Positions 1-8,926 of a DNA stretch of 64,000 nt are shown in pieces (the first letter of the stretch is position 1; every line of letters starts with the position of its first letter). The translations under genes and the position numbers were made by a program. The notes below the pieces were generated by a model that had not been told where the DNA came from, ran no database searches, and was given only the letters and a program-made list of their open reading frames with translations. The stretch comes from Candidatus Methanophagaceae archaeon (GTDB taxonomy: Archaea > Halobacteriota > Syntropharchaeia > Alkanophagales > Methanospirareceae), in contig PQXC01000006.1 of NCBI GenBank assembly GCA_003194435.1, forward strand, positions 3,981 through 67,980. Direction: 5' to 3'.

Positions 1-1110
1 AGCATTGAGAGCGATTACATACATTGCATGTGCCCATACAAGTGGGCATACCGATTTCTGCAACCTGTTGGCAAATATCTGCTCAGGGATATAAGGCTTT
101 TCCAATCGGTTCAGGACCCAATCATGGTACATCTTTGCTTTTCCAGGCTCTCCCTTCCTCTTATAATATATTGCCATCCAGAAGTTCAATAAAGGCCATG
201 CACCTGCACCCTTACGTCTTACATCGCCGTTCACCATCCACCCATCATATACATCGTTTTCATATCTGTGGACACCTGCACCGTCATGCACTATTCTCCG
301 TTCCATTGCTCTCACTGTGTTCACCATCCGCTCGTCCTGAGCAGAACATACCTCAAATGGATATACCAGTCCAAGTAGAGAGGCATCAACCACATAATCA
401 TTTATCTCGCCAAAAGTGCGGAGGAAATAGCCATGTGAAGGGTCGGGGTCATATGCTCTTTTCAGACTGTTTTCCATCTGTGAAGCGCACAGCAGCCACT
501 TTTTATTCTTATTCTTATTGTTATTATTCTTATCCCCGTTCATCAGCTCGTTTGCGTATCTGAGCCCACACATACAGGCAGCTATCGAATACGTGTGGTT
601 GTCCCCGATATCAGGGTATGTACTTCGCTCTTCCCAGAGGTCGAATGTCGGGATGAGAAAGTGGTTCCTGTACCAGTGTTTGCAGATACCATCTGCCACT
701 TTCGATATCAGTTCTTTGAAGTCCTTCATCGCTTCCTCTTGCTCTCGCTCTTGCCTGTAATTATAATGGTGCCAGATAGCCCACAATAAGGTGCCTGCCT
801 GGTCAGGCTGGAACTGTTCCCCTGCTCTTGCGCCATTTGTGTGATACCGCTGGAAGAAGATACCGTCTGGTGCTTCCGCGCGCTCCATGCACCACTGGAA
901 AAAATCTGCCTGGATATCTAATCCCAATATGTCCGCAGCCACACAGATGAAAGAAGCATCCCTGAGCCACACGTACCGATAGGACGTGACATCGCGGGGA
1001 TAGTATTTCATATCAGTGTTAGCCGCGACTATCGCGCCATTTTCCACTACCGCATCTTTTATCACCCTTCTTGATGCCTCCAACAATGCTTCTCTGGTTA
1101 CCATTTTCAT
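1..1110 (-). CDS. Glycoside hydrolase family 15 (glucoamylase-like), 3' end beyond window start
   Basis: Manual minus-strand translation from ATG at 1110 gives MKMVTREALLEASRRVIKDAVVENGAIVAANTDMKYYPRDVTSYRYVWLRDASF...FDLWEERS... with no stop to position 1. RYVWLRDAS and DLWEE are GH15 hallmarks. ATGA overlap with the stop of the upstream gene. Confidence 0.6.
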   Translation of the reverse strand, partial: MKMVTREALLEASRRVIKDAVVENGAIVAANTDMKYYPRDVTSYRYVWLRDASFICVAADILGLDIQADFFQWCMERAEAPDGIFFQRYHTNGARAGEQFQPDQAGTLLWAIWHHYNYRQEREQEEAMKDFKELISKVADGICKHWYRNHFLIPTFDLWEERSTYPDIGDNHTYSIAACMCGLRYANELMNGDKNNNNKNKNKKWLLCASQMENSLKRAYDPDPSHGYFLRTFGEINDYVVDASLLGLVYPFEVCSAQDERMVNTVRAMERRIVHDGAGVHRYENDVYDGWMVNGDVRRKGAGAWPLLNFWMAIYYKRKGEPGKAKMYHDWVLNRLEKPYIPEQIFANRLQKSVCPLVWAHAMYVIALNA

Positions 1111-2189
1111 TCAAAGACTCGACTCAAACTTAGCAGATGCTTATTACCGATATTAACATATTTGAGATGCCTCTTTGCCGCTTCATAGCAGCGCAAGACC
1201 TGTTCACGTGGCGTTACTGGCATATCGCGCATATAAAAAGCAGGATGGAAGACGAGCAGAGAATAAGGTATTCGTGGATCAATATCAGCGATGAACCGTG
1301 CGATATTCTCAACCTCCTGCGCGTCTACATAGAAAGGCACGAGTAAAGTGGTGGCGGTGAGAACAGGGGTTGAAGACGCAGACGCGGAGACTGCAAAGAA
1401 CTCATCAGCAATGAGCTTGAAGTTCTCGTATGCTCGCTCGTTAGGAACACCGCTGAGTGCGAGACTGAGGTTCGGGTTGAAGGCTTTGAGGTCGAATTTC
1501 ACTATCCCACCACTGGCTGATGACAGTTCCGCTGCCTGGCGCACCAGATTGGTGGAGCCACAGCCGTTCCATTCCCAGCATATTCGCAAGTCCCGCCCAC
1601 GCTCCCGCTCATCCAGAATCCTGCGTGTGGCATGGATAGCAAAAGGAAGCTGGGGCTCGGGACTACCACCAAAGTAACAGATACAGTATGCGTTCTCACG
1701 TCGCAGTACAGCGGACACGAAATCATATTCGCTCATCGCCCTCGCAGCAGCGAGATTCTTATGCGTTTCGTTCTGACAGAAGATGCAATTGAAATTGCAG
1801 CCATAGAAGAATACTGCGACATTCACTTTCCCGGATTGTGAAGAGCCGGGGCAGAACCAGGCGGCGCAGCAATTTGTCGGTAGTGGGTCATAATACACAT
1901 GCATGAGCGCATAGCCTTCGGGCACAGAAGAGACCAATCGCCCATTTATATTGGCTCTAAGACCGCAATAGCCCCTCTCTCCTTCACCCATCTTACATTC
2001 ATTTGCGCACAGACCACAGGTTATACCACCCTTTGTCTTTGGTGGACTGCTCACAAGTTTATATGCCGCTCTTATCTTTGCATGCGCTTCTTCAATATAC
2101 TCCATTCCCTTTCCACGGCGTATGCAATCGGCACAGACACGTAGAGTTGCTGATGCTTTTCTTTCACCACATATCGCACATCTTATCAT
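1107..2189 (-). CDS. Radical SAM protein, pyruvate-formate-lyase-activating-enzyme-like with N-terminal Zn-ribbon
   Basis: CNFNCIFCQN is a CxxxCxxC motif. N-terminal CAICGERKASATLRVCADC and CGLCANEC cysteine pairs. Translationally coupled to the downstream GH15 gene. Confidence 0.7.
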   Translation of the reverse strand: MIRCAICGERKASATLRVCADCIRRGKGMEYIEEAHAKIRAAYKLVSSPPKTKGGITCGLCANECKMGEGERGYCGLRANINGRLVSSVPEGYALMHVYYDPLPTNCCAAWFCPGSSQSGKVNVAVFFYGCNFNCIFCQNETHKNLAAARAMSEYDFVSAVLRRENAYCICYFGGSPEPQLPFAIHATRRILDERERGRDLRICWEWNGCGSTNLVRQAAELSSASGGIVKFDLKAFNPNLSLALSGVPNERAYENFKLIADEFFAVSASASSTPVLTATTLLVPFYVDAQEVENIARFIADIDPRIPYSLLVFHPAFYMRDMPVTPREQVLRCYEAAKRHLKYVNIGNKHLLSLSRVFE

Positions 2190-2399
2190 CTTTTCTTATA
2201 TTTTATGATATTGATATTGAGCAATTACAATTAAAATTAAAATGCTCGTTTGCGTTCCTGTATGTGGCTCAAAAGTTTCAACTGGTAAGTCAACACTTGC
2301 TATATATTGCCTAACTGTTTCGGTGTATGCAAAGTGCGAGATGCTATCTATTATGTGTTATACCGATTTTTGATGCCTTCTCTCTTCACCTCTCACGAT

Positions 2400-3060
2400 C
2401 ATACCCAACGAACTCTTAATATTTAAGATGTAAGCAATCAGTAAAATCTTAAGCGAAGAAAGTTTAATTGTGCAATACAACACATATCTTTTCTCCTGCT
2501 TAACGATCTTTACCTACGACAAATTTAGAACTGGAAATAAGTTACTTTCCCACTCCAGCAGTCGAACCCATAACCTTTTTAGAGGAGGTAAGAATCAGGT
2601 AATGCACCCCACTCCTTGCCGAAGTTTCACTCTCATCAGGAACTCCATCCCTCTCTTTCCAAACAGGTCACTGAATTCCGATGTCTGTATTCCCTCTATT
2701 GCCAGTAATGTGTGCACCCCAGTTCTTTATTGAAGTCCTTAAACGAACAAGACTCGCATGATGCCAAATCATAACTCTCAGGTCCCTCATCTCTTTACCC
2801 GGAACATAGCTCTCCGGCAAGTAATCCATCCTCAACAATTGCGCTAACACTCTGGCATCCACCCTGTCTGTCTTCACATGCTTCTTTGCAAATGGCTTGA
2901 GATAAACCGGATGTGCCAAATGCACTTCTATCCCCCTTTCATCCAGGTATTCATAGATGCCTCGATCGCTACTTTTGCGCCTTCAGGCAACTCACTCCCA
3001 AATTCGTCCAAACCTTCATTCAATCCTATATACATATGCACCTCCTTCTTCCCTATTTAT
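2400..3060 (-). pseudogene. IS110-family transposase remnant (frameshifted and truncated)
   Basis: The 85-aa ORF 2668..2925 contains KTDRVDARVLAQLL, the DEDD-transposase IS110 N-domain motif. An upstream out-of-frame piece MYIGLNEGLDEFGSELPEGAKVAIEASMNTW is present. No intact full-length frame. Confidence 0.4.
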
Positions 3061-3090
3061 AAGGAGGTGTTTTTCATGTAGTCATTTTTT

Positions 3091-3212
3091 CTTATTTCTT
3101 AACTTACTGTCTACTTTTAGGGGTGCACCCCAACTACTCTCAAAATTTTGTCGCTTCCCTATCTACATAGGATTTTAGGAGCTTCTGTAACCCTTTTGTA
3201 AACTCTTTTGGC
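3091..3212. repeat. Solo IS3-family terminal inverted repeat (3091-3133) fused to a 67-bp inverted duplicate of 26980-27046 (AlkD-like gene 5' region)
   Basis: 3091-3133 is the reverse complement of IS left end 27678-27720 (ttggggtgcacccctaaaagtagacagtaagttaagaaataag). 3146-3212 is the reverse complement of 26980-27046 with a few mismatches. Confidence 0.6.
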
Positions 3213-3269
3213 TTATCTGTTTTTCAAGCAGTTTCTTTGTTCTCTCTTGGATTTGTGATTTGTCCATGA

Positions 3270-3782
3270 TCATTTTACCGCACTCCCTGGGCAGATTAAT
3301 CGCATTTTACATTTTGCGCAGGATTTTTTTCTGCCGACTGTTCCGCTATAAAAAGAGATCAAAAGCAGGAGTAATAATATAACAATTTTAAAGAAAGTGA
3401 ATTTCTGAATAAGAGAAATGCTGATTAAGATAAGAGGAATTAAACTTAATAAGCCATAAGTCAAGGGCGCAATTTTTAAACCTAAAGTGTTAGGAAATTT
3501 CTCAATCTCGCCCTTTTTGAAAAATAGAGCAGATAATTTTCCCCAACCTATGCAACACCACTTATCATAATAATAACAATCGGTGCAGACCAATTTTCGT
3601 AGAACAACAAATACCATTACTATTGCAAAGACAAGATAAATCCAAGCAACCACTGGATGAAAAAACCAACAACAAAGAGTTCCTAAAACAATCCAGAGAA
3701 GCATTAGGACATTGCCCAGGATTATGCTACTCTTTGGATATTCTTCTAATCCCTGCTTATAGATTTTTATTTTGTTTTCCAT
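3270..3782 (-). CDS. Cys-rich multi-pass membrane protein, unknown function
   Basis: Four to five hydrophobic helices plus CTDCYYYDKWCC and CAKCKMRLIC clusters. Probable start MENKIKIY (M7 of the track ORF). Confidence 0.4.
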   Translation of the reverse strand: MENKIKIYKQGLEEYPKSSIILGNVLMLLWIVLGTLCCWFFHPVVAWIYLVFAIVMVFVVLRKLVCTDCYYYDKWCCIGWGKLSALFFKKGEIEKFPNTLGLKIAPLTYGLLSLIPLILISISLIQKFTFFKIVILLLLLLISFYSGTVGRKKSCAKCKMRLICPGSAVK

Positions 3783-3844
3783 AGCAGTTTTTCCTTTCAT
3801 AAGTTAAATTAAATCTGGATAAATACCTTTTGTTTTTAAAGGCT

Positions 3845-4086
3845 GGGTTCGGAATTTCATATAACTTCGGTATATCCGCATTGCTGATATATCACATATT
3901 GCACATATACATCCCTCTGGATGAAACTCCTATCTCCTCGATTCTCTTTCCTTTCATCCTTTTGCGCCTCCACCATTCTCTTTCTTAAACAAACTATCTA
4001 ATGGACTTTTTCCTTTTAAATAATTTTCTTTTTTAAGCAGGGCGGAGTGAATTTCGGACAACGGTTTGTGGGTATGCTACTGAGTC
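3845..4086. repeat. Direct repeat copy 1 (about 230 bp) of 5026-5312
   Basis: Aligned by eye: ccggtatatccgcatt...catccctctggatgaaactcctatctcctcgatt...cttaaacaaactatctaatggacttttt...aaataattttcttttttaagc.gggc.gagtgaatttcggacaacg, then a degenerate gggtatgctactgagtcc motif. Confidence 0.6.
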
Positions 4087-4377
4087 CAAATCATTTGAAC
4101 TTGATAAACTTGTCTTAAATTTCAGTGGATAATACCTTGGATTAATATCTTTGTCTTCAATTCTTTCCGTGTTGATAACTTTTATCCTTAGCTCGCTTAA
4201 AAAGGGTGTTTCTGGATAAGGACCAAATGATAAAACCCCCCATTTGCAGGATGCCATTCATCATTAGAGATTTGCTTATATATAGGAACCATCTTAAACT
4301 TATACCCATAGCACAATGTCGCCTAACGTACGGTGGGTATCTGAAGTCCGAGCCGATAGGCGACCGTTGGGCATTCA

Positions 4378-4986
4378 TTATGTGAATATTGATAGTAATC
4401 CAAACACCACCGTTAGAATCATGCCGACAACCGCTAATGGAACAGCCCATTTATTTGTACTTTTTATCTTATTCAGGTCGTCGTTCCTTGCTTGAATTAT
4501 ACTAGCTATTTCAGATAGTTTTCGTTCAACTGCGTCTCTGTTGCCATTCTCAAGATAAGTAGATATATCTATTAAAATACTTCTTTCGATGTCGGGTAGG
4601 TCCGAGTAAGGTGATACTTCTTCAATTTTTTGAATGAAACCTGATATTTTTTCTTTCCACTCTATAAGTGTTTTATCCTCGATAGATTTCTCTATTTCTT
4701 TTGAAATTAATGCGACCATAAATTCTCTAAGCCATCTACTTAAGCGATACCTATAACTTACCTCCTCGCTACTTAAAACACCTATCCCCCTATACACGTT
4801 CTCAATATCGTCTATAGTATTTATCGCCCCAATTTTTAACCCCTCTAAAAGAGCTTTGAAAAATTTCTTTTTGGCTTCATCTCTTTCACCGATTCTTTTC
4901 TTCAATAACAATTGCATTACAAAAGAAGCATATATTGCTGCAAATAGTGCAGTCAAAATATTTATAAAAACATCATACTCCATCAT
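4378..4986 (-). CDS. Hypothetical protein, N- and C-terminal TM helices flanking a coiled-coil region
   Basis: 202-aa ORF with a hydrophobic N-terminus (FINILTALFAAIYASFVMQLLL) and C-terminus (WAVPLAVVGMILTVVFGLLSIF). ATGA overlap with upstream small ORF 4983..5207. Same strand as the OLD-family gene. Confidence 0.5.
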   Translation of the reverse strand: MMEYDVFINILTALFAAIYASFVMQLLLKKRIGERDEAKKKFFKALLEGLKIGAINTIDDIENVYRGIGVLSSEEVSYRYRLSRWLREFMVALISKEIEKSIEDKTLIEWKEKISGFIQKIEEVSPYSDLPDIERSILIDISTYLENGNRDAVERKLSEIASIIQARNDDLNKIKSTNKWAVPLAVVGMILTVVFGLLSIFT

Positions 4987-5207
4987 ATCATCTCCTTAGT
5001 TTTAAGCCCAATGTCGCCTAACTCCGGTATATCCGCATTACTGCATATATCACTCCCATTTGGTATTATATCTGCAATGCGTATATACATCCCTCTGGAT
5101 GAAACTCCTATCTCCTCGATTTTCCTTCCTTTCATCCTTTTGCCATTCTTTTTCTTAAACAAACTATCTAATGGACTTTTTATCTCCCCTATATCTTTAT
5201 TACTCAC
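4983..5207 (-). CDS. Small hypothetical protein (74 aa), translationally coupled to 4378..4986
   Basis: ORF MSNKDIGEIKSPLDSLFKKKNGKRMKGRKIEEIGVSSRG... with stop/start overlap ATGA. Its 5' part and leader are duplicated (degenerate) at 3845-4075. Confidence 0.3.
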   Translation of the reverse strand: MSNKDIGEIKSPLDSLFKKKNGKRMKGRKIEEIGVSSRGMYIRIADIIPNGSDICSNADIPELGDIGLKTKEMI

Positions 5208-5312
5208 ATGTGTATATATTTTATTACCTCCTTTTCCTTTAAATAATTTTCTTTTTTAAGCGGGGCAGAGTGAATTTCGGACAACGCTCCGGGCGTATCT
5301 GAAGTTCCCCGA
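5026..5312. repeat. Direct repeat copy 2 (with internal insertions) of 3845-4086
   Basis: Same alignment as copy 1. Ends in the gggcgtatctgaagttcc motif, which is the left arm of structured repeat B. Confidence 0.6.
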
Positions 5313-5375
5313 AGGGGAATTTTGGCAGAGGTGCGAAGCACTGTAGCCAGATACGCTCTGTTATACGCCGTGCCT
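5279..5375 (-). repeat. Structured repeat B (inverted orientation), family AGGCAYGGCGTATAAC...GAGCGTATCTG...CAGATACGCYC...GTTRTC
   Basis: The reverse complement aligns almost base-for-base with 25473-25565. Contains an 11-bp inverted repeat gagcgtatctg / cagatacgc.c and UUCG-type hairpins (ccccttcgggg, gtgcttcgcac). The core gttatacgccgtgcct (5360-5375) abuts the OLD gene stop. Confidence 0.6.
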
Positions 5376-5376
5376 T

Positions 5377-7173
5377 TCATTCACTCACCAAGTTAAGAAG
5401 TTTTTCAACAATTTCTTTAAGCTCGTGATGCGTAGCGCCGTTCTCTTCATATTTATCCATCTCTAAAATCTCATCTACCCTCATATCCTCAATAATTTTA
5501 ATAACATTTTCTCCAAATAACTTTTTCATATCTGTAAACTCATCATATTGTTGTAAAGTCCTACCAGATCTTTGAATGACGTTAGGGTGAAGATAATTCT
5601 CTATTTCACGCTTTCGAAGAATAAAGAAAACACCTCCTTCTCGTTTGCACTGTTCTTTCCAATTAAGTTTCCTTTGAGGAATGCTGTCAGTTTGGCTTTT
5701 ACGGTCGCTATCCACAACAACGGCAAAACGCCGATTTAATCTCTTCATAGCTCTAAGGTCTATCCAATACTTTAAGTTGCTTCCACCTACAGGGATAAAC
5801 CCGATGTCTTTTTCATCAAAATTAGCTTCTATATGCCCCGCTTCTTTTAATTTGGATGCCACTGTTTTCCAAAATATAATGTCGTCATTACCTTCCACAA
5901 AAACACATGCTTTATACCCAGTTATCTGATCTGAAGGTTCGACGCCAAGCTCTTCTGCAATTTTACTTGTATTAAGGTCTGGAGACCGAATAGACCTTGC
6001 TACGCCGCCTTCGCGTACAATCAATGTCAAATCCTCTATTGGCGAGGCTCCCGCAAAGACGGGAGAGTGCGATGTAATAATGATTTGATACCCCATATCT
6101 GCAAGTTGCCTAAAAGAATACGCCAACTCTCTTTGAAGTCCCGGATGTAGATTATTTTCAGGCTCTTCAACCCCAAAAATAAAATTTGATGTATTTTCAT
6201 CTCGTTTTTCAGCTAAATATTGAAAGAAAGCTACCATTAAAAGTCGTCTTATTCCACTACCACGTTTATCAAGGGGCTTTTCAATTCCGCTATTATCCTT
6301 TGCCAGAATATCTATACTTACAGCTTTATCCCACGAAAAAGTCGGTTTAACTCTGAGAGTTGTTAGATCGCTAGTATGCCTTTTGAGTCGTTCAAATATT
6401 TCATCAACTTCTCTCTGAAGTGCCTCTTCTATGGCGCCGGTAAAGTTGCTTCTCACATCTGCAACTTCTTGTTGTTCGGCAGCCATTTTAATTATCGGAC
6501 GAAATGGACTCTGAAACGATGTTTCGCTTACATTGATTTTTGTTTCGGCTTCAAATAATTGAAAATCTGAAAGGTGTGACTTAATGCATTTCCACAGATC
6601 TCCTTTTGGAGAAACAACGAGTTCGAATTCTCCAAGTGGGATCCCTGCTTCATTTGCCTTAGCTCGAAGTTTTTCTCTTTTACTTTTATTAGTTAACCCA
6701 CGTCCTGCTTTTGAGACATCAATACCGGCTTGTTGGCACCGGCTGTTAAGTTCACGTTCTTTTAAGTTTACTAGACCTGCAAAATGTTCATTCTGAAAGT
6801 CCCAAGTAATAAAAGAAATTTTGACTTTAGTAAGGTCATTGCGTGGATATGTTTTCCGAATCCTAAGACGCCCTTCTTGATCGAGTAACATTTCCTCTTG
6901 AAATGATGTTTCAATTCCCTCCTCTATTTGGATCGTTTCTGGGATATCTGTAAAAGCAATTTCAATAATTACATCTTCATCAGGGTTGGCCATGTCATGG
7001 GTATCCTCACTTTCAATTTTAGGTTTATCTTCAAAAAATAATTGAATTGCTCGTAGAATGCTTGATTTCCCGGCATCATTTTTCCCAACTATTGTTGACA
7101 ATGGACCTAAACGTGTCTCTCCTAACACCTTAAACGGGCGATAGTTTCTAATGCTGATGCTATAAATTCTCAT
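5377..7173 (-). CDS. OLD-family ATP-dependent endonuclease (ABC ATPase + TOPRIM), class-1-like stand-alone
   Basis: Walker A GKNDAGKSS; signature-like LDKRGSGIRRLL; Walker B/D-loop IFGVEEPENNLHP; H-loop ITSHSP. C-terminal TOPRIM ACVFVEGNDD and VVVDSD (E...DxD). Start set at ATG 7173 (MRIYSISIRNYRPF), preceded by GGAGGTGA. The track ORF began on TTG at 7188. Confidence 0.8.
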   Translation of the reverse strand: MRIYSISIRNYRPFKVLGETRLGPLSTIVGKNDAGKSSILRAIQLFFEDKPKIESEDTHDMANPDEDVIIEIAFTDIPETIQIEEGIETSFQEEMLLDQEGRLRIRKTYPRNDLTKVKISFITWDFQNEHFAGLVNLKERELNSRCQQAGIDVSKAGRGLTNKSKREKLRAKANEAGIPLGEFELVVSPKGDLWKCIKSHLSDFQLFEAETKINVSETSFQSPFRPIIKMAAEQQEVADVRSNFTGAIEEALQREVDEIFERLKRHTSDLTTLRVKPTFSWDKAVSIDILAKDNSGIEKPLDKRGSGIRRLLMVAFFQYLAEKRDENTSNFIFGVEEPENNLHPGLQRELAYSFRQLADMGYQIIITSHSPVFAGASPIEDLTLIVREGGVARSIRSPDLNTSKIAEELGVEPSDQITGYKACVFVEGNDDIIFWKTVASKLKEAGHIEANFDEKDIGFIPVGGSNLKYWIDLRAMKRLNRRFAVVVDSDRKSQTDSIPQRKLNWKEQCKREGGVFFILRKREIENYLHPNVIQRSGRTLQQYDEFTDMKKLFGENVIKIIEDMRVDEILEMDKYEENGATHHELKEIVEKLLNLVSE

Positions 7174-7198
7174 TCTTTTCACCTCCAAAAAGATTTTT

Positions 7199-7214
7199 AG
7201 GCATGGCGTATAGC
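7199..7214 (+). repeat. Core-only copy (aggcatggcgtatagc) of the structured repeat family, inverted relative to 5360-5375
   Basis: 16-bp match to the conserved core. Together with 5360-5375 it forms 16-bp terminal inverted repeats bracketing the OLD-family gene (5360..7214, 1855 bp). Confidence 0.5.
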
Positions 7215-7242
7215 GTAGTATATTTGTTTTTCCACATCGGTC

Positions 7243-8835
7243 TCATTCAAGATAATTCTGGAAATACAACTCACTGACGAACTTCTCCATAAAATCCTGT
7301 TCCTCTTCCAGTTTTATATGCTCTATCCGCTTCGCCACTTCTTCCGCTTCGTTTCGCTTCCGTTTCGAGACCAGAGCCTGCCTGGCGCCTTCCAGTGCGG
7401 CATTACCCACCTTCTTCACCTTCTCTCGGGCGATCGGTGGCAGTAGTCCTATACGTATCGCATTATCCGTATTTGCGAAATTAACGAATCCACCTGCGAG
7501 TAATAACAGCTCTATATCATCGAAACTTATGCCATATTTCTCCAACAATACTCTTACACCAACGGCAATAGCCGTTTTAGCAAGGTTCAACTGGTCTATA
7601 TCAGTCTCCAATAGCTTGATACCATCGGCTATCCTCAGTTCCTTTCCCTCATCGCCCGTGAAAGTGAATTTACCCCTGCCATCTATCATTCCATGCTCCA
7701 GTAGCTCAGCCAGAACATCTATCAGTCCGGAACCGCAGATACCAACAGGAGGAGCATCTCCTATCGTCTTATATTTGATGCTACCATCCACTATTCGCAC
7801 CTCCTTTATCGCACCCTGCACGGCACCAACCCCACAGGAGATGCTGGCGCCCTCAAATGCCGGTCCCGAAGCGGCTGAAGTCGCAATTAACCGCTCCCTG
7901 TTGCCGAGCACAATCTCAGTGTTAGTTCCGACATCCAGCGCTAAGCATATCCCTTTACTCAGATACATCTCCGTTGCCAGCACCACTGCGAGCGCATCAG
8001 CGCCGACGAAACTGCCTATCAGTGGTAGCCCATAAACCCGCGCTTCAGGGTTAGCCGTGAGCTGGAGCTCCTTTGCTGTGGTGAGTGCCGGCTCAGTGCT
8101 CTCAGGCTCGTAAGGACTCTTACCCAGCGACTCTACGGAGAAGCCAAAGAACAGGTCTCGCATCACCGGGTTGCCCACAATCACGAGCTCATAGATATTT
8201 TCCTTAGTCTTTGCCACTTCGCTCATATTAGCAATCATCTCATTCACTGCGGTTCTTATCTCCCTCACCAGTATATCATGCCCCTGCCTCGCGTATTCTA
8301 TCCTGCTGATCACATTATTCCCGTATTTCGTCTGCGGGTTCTGCCTTGAACTCACTGAAACCACCTTCCCGGTCTCCAGATCAACCAGATAGGCAGCAAG
8401 CGTGGTGGTACCGATGTCAATGGCGATACCGTACAGCGCTCCCGTATACTCACCTATATATGTGGAGTTGTAAAATACCCGCTCGCCTTCACGGTGTACA
8501 AAGGGCTCTATTGGTATCCATCTATATTCGCCAGACTCCAGTATGTAATATCCACTCTTCGGTACTCTGACATATATCTGCTCGTCGGTTCGCAATATCC
8601 GCGCCTGACATGCGAGTCGCTGGTTTTCTGCTTTGATAAACTTCCTCTCTGAGTCGGTTACAGCGGAGAGCGCATCAGGTGGAGCATCCACCTCAACTAT
8701 GCACTGACCACATTTGCCCTCACCGGCACATGAAGCATCTATTTCTATTCCCAGTTCCTGTAGATAAGATAATATTGTCCGACCCGCAACGAGTTCCGCC
8801 TCTCTGGTCTGTCCATCCCTGAATATTATCTTCAT
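7243..8835 (-). CDS. Corrinoid activation/regeneration protein (RACo/RamA-like): 2Fe-2S ferredoxin + ASKHA ATPase domain
   Basis: N-terminal plant-type ferredoxin motif CAGEGKCGQC...C followed by a long DUF4445/ASKHA-like domain (GIAIDIGTTT, ALDVGTNTE, GICGSG). Start set at ATG 8835 (MKIIFRDG). The track ORF started at TTG 8859. Confidence 0.7.
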   Translation of the reverse strand: MKIIFRDGQTREAELVAGRTILSYLQELGIEIDASCAGEGKCGQCIVEVDAPPDALSAVTDSERKFIKAENQRLACQARILRTDEQIYVRVPKSGYYILESGEYRWIPIEPFVHREGERVFYNSTYIGEYTGALYGIAIDIGTTTLAAYLVDLETGKVVSVSSRQNPQTKYGNNVISRIEYARQGHDILVREIRTAVNEMIANMSEVAKTKENIYELVIVGNPVMRDLFFGFSVESLGKSPYEPESTEPALTTAKELQLTANPEARVYGLPLIGSFVGADALAVVLATEMYLSKGICLALDVGTNTEIVLGNRERLIATSAASGPAFEGASISCGVGAVQGAIKEVRIVDGSIKYKTIGDAPPVGICGSGLIDVLAELLEHGMIDGRGKFTFTGDEGKELRIADGIKLLETDIDQLNLAKTAIAVGVRVLLEKYGISFDDIELLLLAGGFVNFANTDNAIRIGLLPPIAREKVKKVGNAALEGARQALVSKRKRNEAEEVAKRIEHIKLEEEQDFMEKFVSELYFQNYLE

Positions 8836-8926
8836 CGTGCTAAAAAACCTTTCTTTCAAAAAGAAAGCTTTACCAAGATTATATTTATTTTATGTACCAA
8901 AATAAAAAAGAAAAAAATGGATTCGA

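Noticed and set aside
24-789. Plus-strand ORFs 24..563, 518..760, 595..789
   Set aside because: Antisense to the clearly coding minus-strand GH15 gene. Low-complexity products.
7529-8035. 168-aa plus-strand ORF
   Set aside because: Antisense to the RACo gene. Pro/Ser/Ala-rich.
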